Positions 50,049 through 55,543 of a stretch of 55,543 nt of DNA are shown here, piece by piece. The stretch covers positions 154,827 to 210,369 of IMG/VR virus record IMGVR_UViG_3300022719_000284, one strand, 5' to 3'. The notes below the pieces were generated by a model. The model was not told where the DNA came from. It was given only the letters and a program-made list of their open reading frames with translations, and did no database searches. Within the stretch, counting starts at the first letter, position 1. Each line of letters starts with the position of its first letter. The DNA is from a virus. Lineage: Duplodnaviria; Heunggongvirae; Uroviricota; Caudoviricetes. The translations under genes and the position numbers were made by a program.

Positions 50049-50125
50049 TGGAAGCCGGATCGGGGTTCGAACCCGAAATCGCCTGATTCAGAGTCAGGTG
50101 CATTATCCAGTTATGCTATCCGGCT
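50049..50125 (-). tRNA. tRNA-Gln(CUG) copy B
   Basis: Same anticodon arm as copy A. Confidence 0.92.
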
Positions 50126-50252
50126 ATATGTCTTGCGCCGCACGACCCCCTGACACCCTTTAACGCGGGTCCACAAACTTTAGCCTACTTTATCGCCTGT
50201 CGCGATGCTCAGCCCCATAGCCTGCGCTCATGGCTTCGTTTGTCTTAAATTG

Positions 50253-50336
50253 TGGCTCCCCAGGCTGGACTCGAACCAGCATTGCCCGAAGGCACGACTT
50301 AACAGGCCGCTGCATTGCCAATTATGCTACCGGGGA
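50253..50336 (-). tRNA. tRNA-Asn(GUU) with long UUCG-capped variable arm
   Basis: U1-A72, G73, GCGGC-CUGUUAA-GUCGU, extra arm GCC-UUCG-GGC. Confidence 0.88.
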
Positions 50337-50747
50337 ACAGTATTCGTACTCCTTCGCCCATCTCATTCTCTTCGAAGATGGGCATTTAGGCTCTTCTACT
50401 CGCAGAGTGATTTGTCTTTTTGGTGCCTCGTCTACAGGTACTACGTACACTTTATCCGTATCCGGGCACCAAACTGCAAACCAATCTGCACTACCTGTGT
50501 AATCCTTCGATCCGTTTCCTCTATGGGCATACGAGCTACATGTAGCAGCTTCGACTACTCCGTTTCTAAGTCTGCCAGTCTTGCATTGCACTCGAATGAA
50601 ATCTTCACCGCGATGGAGAACCATATCGTACCTCTGGTTATCCCCGAAAGGAAGTAGCACTGTTTCTCCTCCACGCACAAAAGCGGCTAAGCACATTGCT
50701 TCAGTTAACTCACCGGCACCCTTAGGGTTTTGCTTTTTATCATCCAT
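50322..50747 (-). CDS. Group I intron-type PD-(D/E)XK homing endonuclease (I-Ssp6803I-like), free-standing; start likely MDDKK at 50747
   Basis: KG..GE..E...........V..PFGDNQRYD.V.......R.QCKTG...Y....D.FAV.CP motif. Confidence 0.85.
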   Translation of the reverse strand: MDDKKQNPKGAGELTEAMCLAAFVRGGETVLLPFGDNQRYDMVLHRGEDFIRVQCKTGRLRNGVVEAATCSSYAHRGNGSKDYTGSADWFAVWCPDTDKVYVVPVDEAPKRQITLRVEEPKCPSSKRMRWAKEYEYCSPVA

Positions 50748-50771
50748 GCGGTTTCTTTTACCATAAAACGC

Positions 50772-50802
50772 AAAAACCCCGGTTTCCTTTTGGAGACCGG
50801 GG
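50772..50802 (-). terminator. Intrinsic terminator of the attenuator (3:4 helix)
   Basis: CCCCGGUCUCC-AAAA-GGAAACCGGGG-UUUUU. Confidence 0.9.
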
Positions 50803-50830
50803 CGCAAAATGTTGCTCTGTCAGTCAGAGC

Positions 50831-50917
50831 TTACAGCGCACCAGCCTCCTGCCCAGGATTACTGGGCTGGTTCGGCTTTGATTGCCATGAGGATGGTTTG
50901 CGGTTGAAAGTCATCAT
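50831..50917 (-). CDS. 28-aa leader peptide MMTFNRKPSSWQSKPNQPSNPGQEAGAL
   Basis: Translated by hand; ends 25 nt before the antiterminator partner strand. Confidence 0.8.
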   Translation of the reverse strand: MMTFNRKPSSWQSKPNQPSNPGQEAGAL

Positions 50918-50950
50918 TGTATCCAATATATAAGCACCAAAAAGTTTGAC

Positions 50951-50978
50951 GCTGGAGGGATTCGAACCCATATCCAGC
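50951..50978 (-). other. T-loop-capped hairpin (tRNA 3'-end relic) in the 5' leader
   Basis: GCUGGA-UAU-GGG-UUCGAAU-CCC-UCCAGC. Confidence 0.6.
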
Positions 50979-51031
50979 CGAAACCGAATATACCCTAGCC
51001 ACCGTTGGTTTTGTATCTAACATCCTTTAGA

Positions 51032-51059
51032 CTATCGACCAATACCGAGTGAAACTTTA
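51032..51059 (-). promoter_or_regulatory. sigma28-type promoter upstream of the attenuator
   Basis: TAAAGTTT-N12-GTCGATAG. Confidence 0.6.
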
Positions 51060-51423
51060 GCTTCTTCGTCTTTTAAAGGATAGATCAATGCCGCTAAGCC
51101 GTCAACCTTCCTCTTCTTCATACCCCGGGGAATGCTCCAAAGCTAGATCCCTAATATCTAGTAAAACTTCTAAGATCAAATCCAAAGTTAAATTTGAATT
51201 TTCCGACTTAGAGTTATCCTCTTTGATTTCAAATCTACGACGCATTCCAAAACTCACAGGTTATTTTCCCAACAAATGATTATACAACCAATAATAAAAA
51301 CCAATAAAGTAACATAAAATGGAGTATCAAAATAGTTTAATAAAAAACCGGAAACCACCCCTACTGAGATAATCCATCCTCCCTTTCTACTTTCTCTTTC
51401 TGTTTGGTGTTTATTAGTTTTTA

Positions 51424-51690
51424 TTATTTATAAATATCTATTAGCTCTAGCTTTTTACTTCTGGCCATTTTCTTTATTTGCATCTCTCTTTTCATCGCTA
51501 ATTTTTTAGTACCCATGTTCTCACTATAAACTATTTGCACTGGAAGTCTGCTGCGAGTATATTTTGCCCCCATTCCCCTATTGTGCTTATCAAGTCTACA
51601 TTGAAGATCATTAGTGCAACCTGTATACAAGGTTCCATCGGAACATCGTAAGATATACGTTACCCAATTTTTTACTTCAGAGCTAACCAA
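51424..51690 (-). CDS. GIY-YIG nuclease (YhbQ/UPF0213-like)
   Basis: YILRCSDGTLYTGCTNDL..RL..HN.G.GAKYTR.R.PV motif. Confidence 0.9.
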   Translation of the reverse strand: MVSSEVKNWVTYILRCSDGTLYTGCTNDLQCRLDKHNRGMGAKYTRSRLPVQIVYSENMGTKKLAMKREMQIKKMARSKKLELIDIYK

Positions 51691-51991
51691 TTTACTTTAT
51701 TTACTAGCAAGCGGTAATGGAGATTAGTCATATTCTTCTTCTTCTAAGCGATCCAGTGGGCAATGGCGACCGGAATCTTCCGGCTCACCATCACGCAACT
51801 GCGGACAGCCACTCCAATAGCAATCTCCGTCCATCTTAGAGCGGCATCTAACGACTTTTAAAGGTTGATCACGCATCTAAGTCCTCTTCAAACTGGATAC
51901 AATCACACCCCACTACAGAACATCCATGATGCCTAAGATCATGATCCTCCCATGTATGGCCGCATGAGCATGTTATGCAATCATCTAGCAC

Positions 51992-52504
51992 TTATTCGTC
52001 ATCGCCAATAGCAAACTCGGCTTGGGTAATACCCTGAGATTTGAGAAAATCTACAATCTCATCACCCATGCCGTCGCTCGTAGCATTTCCGGCTTCTCTA
52101 AGTTCCTCTAGATTAGAGGGTATAGCTTGCTCGCCAGGAATGACCTCTTCTGAAACATGTGGATCGTTTCCATCATATAGGTATTCTTCAGTTCTAACTC
52201 TGTAAGGCTTTCCAGCCTCTACAAACTTGTAAAAATCAAACCCCCAGTCGTCTCCACGAGATATTTCGGTTAGAGCTTCTACAAACACACGTCCATCAGA
52301 AAACTTAACCTTTTGAGGTGAAAAGCTATCGTACAAACCCTCAGAAAGATTTCTAGATGTGTCTTCTTCTATCTCGTAGGTAAGACCTTGTTCGGAAAGC
52401 CTATCTTCTATAACTTGTTTCAACAAAGCTTTTACGTCTATTCCTAGAAATCGAAGGAGAAAATCATAAATACCTTCTCTACCTGTTTCTTGGTCCCATC
52501 CCAT
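51992..52504 (-). CDS. Hypothetical acidic protein
   Basis: ORF with RBS GGAG. Confidence 0.65.
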   Translation of the reverse strand: MGWDQETGREGIYDFLLRFLGIDVKALLKQVIEDRLSEQGLTYEIEEDTSRNLSEGLYDSFSPQKVKFSDGRVFVEALTEISRGDDWGFDFYKFVEAGKPYRVRTEEYLYDGNDPHVSEEVIPGEQAIPSNLEELREAGNATSDGMGDEIVDFLKSQGITQAEFAIGDDE

Positions 52505-52614
52505 TTCAACTATCTCCTAGACACAAAATATTTCAATTCTAAGAATATAAATACGAATAACTACTTAAATGAACATACTGAATAAAACCCGCATGGTGGG
52601 CAAATATTTCTAAC

Positions 52615-52641
52615 CTAGCGGTAAAACAGTTATAAACTTTA
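52615..52641 (-). promoter_or_regulatory. sigma28-type promoter
   Basis: TAAAGTTT-N11-ACCGCTAG. Confidence 0.5.
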
Positions 52642-52857
52642 GCTAATTCTGTAGGTAATGAAACCTTTAGTAATGTCCGCCTCAGACACTTCAACACGAA
52701 CTTTATCACCCGGTAAAACCTTAATTCTAAATTGTCGTAATTTACCACTCAATTTAGCTTGAACATGTCTTCCATTATCAAGATTAATGTCGTAAAACCC
52801 CCCGCCGGGAATTTTATCTACAACCCCTTCTGCCTCAATCATACCTTTTCTAGCCAT
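52639..52857 (-). CDS. infA: Translation initiation factor IF-1
   Basis: IEAEGVV...F.I.LDNG..V.AKLSGK.RQ.RI.VLPGDKV.VE.S..DITKG.ITYR. Confidence 0.92.
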   Translation of the reverse strand: MARKGMIEAEGVVDKIPGGGFYDINLDNGRHVQAKLSGKLRQFRIKVLPGDKVRVEVSEADITKGFITYRIS

Positions 52858-53114
52858 TTTCCCTCACTTAATCCCCTAGGCTGCCCGAGTTCTTCGTGCA
52901 ATTCAATGTCCTCTTCAATATGTTGGTGAAGTTCTTCGTGAACGTGCTTTAACTCTTCTTTTACCATGTCTTTCATGGTCCGACGATTGCGAAGCAAAGT
53001 AAACCCAAGAATGCCCATAATAATCCATTGGACAAAATCATGAAAAGTAACCCATATAAACCACACAACTTGTAGCCAGGGATAATCTTCGATTAAATTT
53101 GCCAAAAACTCCAT
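52839..53114 (-). CDS. Small membrane protein with His-rich C-terminus
   Basis: N-terminal hydrophobic helices. Confidence 0.55.
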   Translation of the reverse strand: MEFLANLIEDYPWLQVVWFIWVTFHDFVQWIIMGILGFTLLRNRRTMKDMVKEELKHVHEELHQHIEEDIELHEELGQPRGLSEGKWLEKV

Positions 53115-53648
53115 TTAATCCAAAGCCATGTTTTCTTTTTGTTCTTGTTGCTTTTTATAATTTTTTTCAACAAGGTTAGATTGTTCCCACTCATCTCCAA
53201 GATCCTTTAACTTGGAAACAAAAACATCAAAATCATCGTCAAACGAAATGACAACTTCCGTTGTCTTAGGAATATCATCTCCAAAGAAATTAACTATTCT
53301 TTGAAGATTGGCCAAAATAGACTCAGCAACTTTGAGGGCTCTCTTCTCTGTTTTTATTAGAGGACTCAAAAGAATGTACCTGCTTCCTATTCCGTCAATA
53401 GCTTCATCCTTAACAATCCCAATCTCCCTGAAACGCCTATTAACTGGATCATAGTTAAACTCAACTCTCACTTCCTTGAAGGGAGCATTTTCAAACTTAT
53501 CGGCAAAACCCTTCTCAGGAACAACTTTTCCTCTATATCTGCATCTGGGACAGTAAAAATGATTACCATGATTAAGGAGAAAAACACCTTTAGCGTAATC
53601 CTCACAGTCTACATTTTCGCAGTAGCCTACTGCTCTACTGAATGTCAT
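53115..53648 (-). CDS. Zn-finger hypothetical protein
   Basis: C...DC and CPRC motifs. Confidence 0.65.
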   Translation of the reverse strand: MTFSRAVGYCENVDCEDYAKGVFLLNHGNHFYCPRCRYRGKVVPEKGFADKFENAPFKEVRVEFNYDPVNRRFREIGIVKDEAIDGIGSRYILLSPLIKTEKRALKVAESILANLQRIVNFFGDDIPKTTEVVISFDDDFDVFVSKLKDLGDEWEQSNLVEKNYKKQQEQKENMALD

Positions 53649-53678
53649 GACATTTCCTCAATAGCTTGACCGACAAAT

Positions 53679-53706
53679 ACATCGGAAAGTAAGCTTCAAA
53701 ACTTTA
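53679..53706 (-). promoter_or_regulatory. sigma28-type promoter
   Basis: TAAAGTTT-N12-TCCGATGT. Confidence 0.55.
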
Positions 53707-53881
53707 GCTCACCCAAAGCTCTAGCAACAGCTTTTTTAGCTATATCTTCAGGAATGTCGAACTCATCTCTAAGAGATTCAAAACTTTGCTGAATATACTC
53801 AATAGAAACTTCAGGAATAGAATCTATTTCTCTAATCCATTCATCAATTGCTACTACAATTTCCAGGGCTTTTTTTTTCAT
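53696..53881 (-). CDS. Hypothetical protein
   Basis: ORF track. Confidence 0.55.
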   Translation of the reverse strand: MKKKALEIVVAIDEWIREIDSIPEVSIEYIQQSFESLRDEFDIPEDIAKKAVARALGELKF

Positions 53882-53912
53882 TTTCCCTCAATATCAATAA
53901 TTACAATTACAA

Positions 53913-53950
53913 AGGTAAGAAACCCCCAGCTCGGTAAAGCCGGGGGTTTC
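53913..53950 (-). terminator. Intrinsic terminator after tRNA-fMet
   Basis: GAAACCCCCGGC...GCUGGGGGUUUC followed by UUACCUUU. Confidence 0.7.
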
Positions 53951-54058
53951 ATTCTATCAAACAGCAAATAAATATAATCATAAAGTAAGCCGCTAATCGC
54001 GGCTCGTGCGCCACAATGTAAAATCGCTAATCGCGATTACTTCTCATAACAAATTATT

Positions 54059-54135
54059 TGGTAGCGGGGGAGGGATTCGAACCCACGACCTCCGGATTAT
54101 GAGCCCGGCGAGCTACCTGACTGCTCCACCCCGCG
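54059..54135 (-). tRNA. Initiator tRNA-fMet(CAU)
   Basis: C1:A72 mismatch; anticodon stem CCGGG/UCCGG with G31-U39. Confidence 0.92.
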
Positions 54136-54188
54136 ACATTTTATGACTAAATATAAGATACCAAAACTTCTTTAGTCTTTGGTAAAAA

Positions 54189-54380
54189 TTAACGAAGTTC
54201 TGTATCTTCTGTACGTACTACTTTAAAGTCATTTCCATTCTTAACCGCCCAAACAAAACGCCTTTTTCCATTTTCCACGTTGAGAACTCGAACCACTTTC
54301 TCATCTGTTCCACTAAGAAAACGCTCCCTAGGGGAACCTCTTACCCCAGCATTCTTGTTAGCAGTTTTACTTCCAGCCAT
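54189..54380 (-). CDS. Small basic hypothetical protein
   Basis: 63 aa between tmRNA and tRNA-fMet, RBS GGAG. Confidence 0.6.
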   Translation of the reverse strand: MAGSKTANKNAGVRGSPRERFLSGTDEKVVRVLNVENGKRRFVWAVKNGNDFKVVRTEDTELR

Positions 54381-54396
54381 TTAATTCTCCAATTTA

Positions 54397-54759
54397 TGGT
54401 GGAGCCGCTGGGCATCGAATCCCAGGTCCGCATAGTGTCCAACATCACTTTCTACGTGCGTAGTCCCTGGTTTATTTTCAGTCAATTCGGAGCCAGGGAC
54501 GGTATCCCCCGAGTGACCTACACCGCTAAAATCTTACTAGGAACCCTGCGGCCTAAATTTACCTAGCCAGTCCTGTTACGACCCCTCCCCGGTACTAGGA
54601 CACCTCCCGGATCAAGGGCTGCTTATTTTTAAGCAGCTAGAGCATAATTATTGTCGGCAGTTGTAGCTACCAGTCTCAACCATATATTTACGACCTAGGT
54701 CAACTCGGTCGGCACGCTTGCTCTGCCTTTCTACTACCCGTCGAAACCAATTCGGCCCC
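54397..54759 (-). ncRNA. ssrA: tmRNA, tag (A)ADNNYALAA*
   Basis: 5' GGGGCCGAAUUGGUUUCGAC; 3' GCGGCUCCACCA with G3-U; tag ORF 54629-54658. Confidence 0.95.
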
Positions 54760-54799
54760 GTATTGAGGAAATAAGATATCTTTTCCTCGTTACACCTCT

Positions 54800-54827
54800 T
54801 TCTCGGTTAAGTCAATGTCAAACTTTA
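54800..54827 (-). promoter_or_regulatory. sigma28-type promoter upstream of tmRNA
   Basis: TAAAGTTT-N12-ACCGAGAA. Confidence 0.55.
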
Positions 54828-54852
54828 ACCAAGTCTATTCTAATTTAAGAAT

Positions 54853-54928
54853 TGGTGGAGCTAGGGGGACTTGAACCCCCGGCCTCTTCGATGCCACCGA
54901 AGCACTCTCCCAACTGAGCTATAGCCCC
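54853..54928 (-). tRNA. tRNA-Ala(GGC)
   Basis: G3-U70; CUUCG-GUGGCAU-CGAAG. Confidence 0.93.
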
Positions 54929-55001
54929 ATTACTTTAACCCATCAAAATATTTTCCGATCTGATAGGGCGATAAAACAATAAATCTAATCGTTCAAACAT
55001 T

Positions 55002-55199
55002 TCATTCCTTATGATCAGTATCTTCTACGCTAATGCTTTCCATAAAATCACTATCACAGGGGTCTTCTACAACTAAACCCAAATCTTCGCATATCGGCTT
55101 TACCCATTCTTCGCCGTATGCCAACTTAATATACTCCTCAATCCTTCCCGATTCCAGTAAATAGGAAAGAGAAGGTCTTTTAAATAGTTTTTCAGACAT
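55002..55199 (-). CDS. Hypothetical protein
   Basis: ORF track. Confidence 0.55.
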   Translation of the reverse strand: MSEKLFKRPSLSYLLESGRIEEYIKLAYGEEWVKPICEDLGLVVEDPCDSDFMESISVEDTDHKE

Positions 55200-55543
55200 C
55201 GCACACTACGAAGTTAAATCGAATATTCTTCTCTATCTCTAACAAAACCGGAACCACATCCCCCTCCCAATCTAACCCACCGAGACCACAACCAATTCGG
55301 GGAATGTAAACCTTGTCTAAACCTCTATTCAGAGCCTCGTAAGCTGCTTCCGCCAGAGAATTCTTGATAGCTTGTGGGGAGGCGTAGCGCTGACCGTCTC
55401 GCCCATAACCGGATTGGGTGAAGCAATTAGCCACTACCAAGTCTTCCCCGACCTCTACAAACTGACAGTCACCTAGCTGCATTGACCCTTCTCTGTGGTA
55501 CATGGCCTTTACTGTAGGCCACTTCATGTAGATGGCACGGGCG
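55192..55543 (-). CDS. Macrodomain ADP-ribose hydrolase-like protein (5'-truncated by window end)
   Basis: Frame open to the window edge (ARAIYMKWP); VANCFTQ..YG and IPRIGCGLGGLDW motifs. Confidence 0.85.
   Translation of the reverse strand, partial: ARAIYMKWPTVKAMYHREGSMQLGDCQFVEVGEDLVVANCFTQSGYGRDGQRYASPQAIKNSLAEAAYEALNRGLDKVYIPRIGCGLGGLDWEGDVVPVLLEIEKNIRFNFVVCDV

Larger units (their letters stand above)
50772..50917 (-). promoter_or_regulatory. Ribosome-mediated transcription attenuator upstream of the tRNA/RNase P array
   Basis: Mutually exclusive helices 1:2, 2:3 (13 of 14 bp) and 3:4 plus U tract. Confidence 0.8.

Noticed and set aside
50160-50182. Another TAAAGTTT -35 element
   Set aside because: No CCGA-like -10 box at 11-12 nt spacing.
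49105-50245. Theta/HDV-like, hammerhead, pistol or twister ribozymes beside tRNAs
   Set aside because: Required core motifs were not found, and the elements do not start at a tRNA 3' end as theta ribozymes do.
47067-50657. ORF-track ORFs overlapping tRNAs and rnpB (e.g. 48150-48455, 48343-48726, 49513-49780, 49683-50036)
   Set aside because: They overlap well-formed RNA genes. Only 48393-48500 resembles a decayed HTH, probably an endonuclease relic.
50322-50807. Group I intron surrounding the PD-(D/E)XK gene
   Set aside because: tRNA-Asn is uninterrupted and no P/Q/R/S core was recognised; the upstream structure is explained by the attenuator.
54189-54380. Ribosomal protein such as bS21
   Set aside because: Small and basic, but no recognisable bS21 or other ribosomal-protein signature.

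Overview
A 55.5-kb segment of a large (jumbo-type) tailed dsDNA phage genome in standard genetic code. Left part (1-38.7 kb) is the virion/packaging module: three paralogous collagen-like fibre genes, major capsid, decoration, scaffold, prohead protease, an Fe/Mn-SOD, a portal with 2 inteins, a large terminase with 3 inteins, RuvC, neck proteins, a CCA-adding enzyme fused to about 580 aa of low-complexity sequence, and a GH108 lysin. Right part (38.7-55.5 kb) is a translation and tRNA-repair region: intein-containing RtcB, a metallophosphoesterase, two PEP-CTERM proteins, about 16 tRNAs plus degenerate copies, RNase P RNA, tmRNA, IF-1, a macrodomain and several homing endonucleases. The main candidate for an undescribed system is at 50772-50917. 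It is a leader-peptide transcription attenuator with a full 1:2/2:3/3:4 helix set. Its control codons specify Asn, Lys, Pro, Ser and Gln, which are the five amino acids served by the downstream tRNA array. This suggests a sensor of tRNA depletion that switches on backup tRNAs and RNase P RNA. Other leads: seven sigma28/FliA-type promoters, a homing endonuclease whose stop codon lies inside tRNA-Asn, and a possible T4 gene-60-like translational bypass. Family assignments come from motif recognition by eye; no database searches were run.
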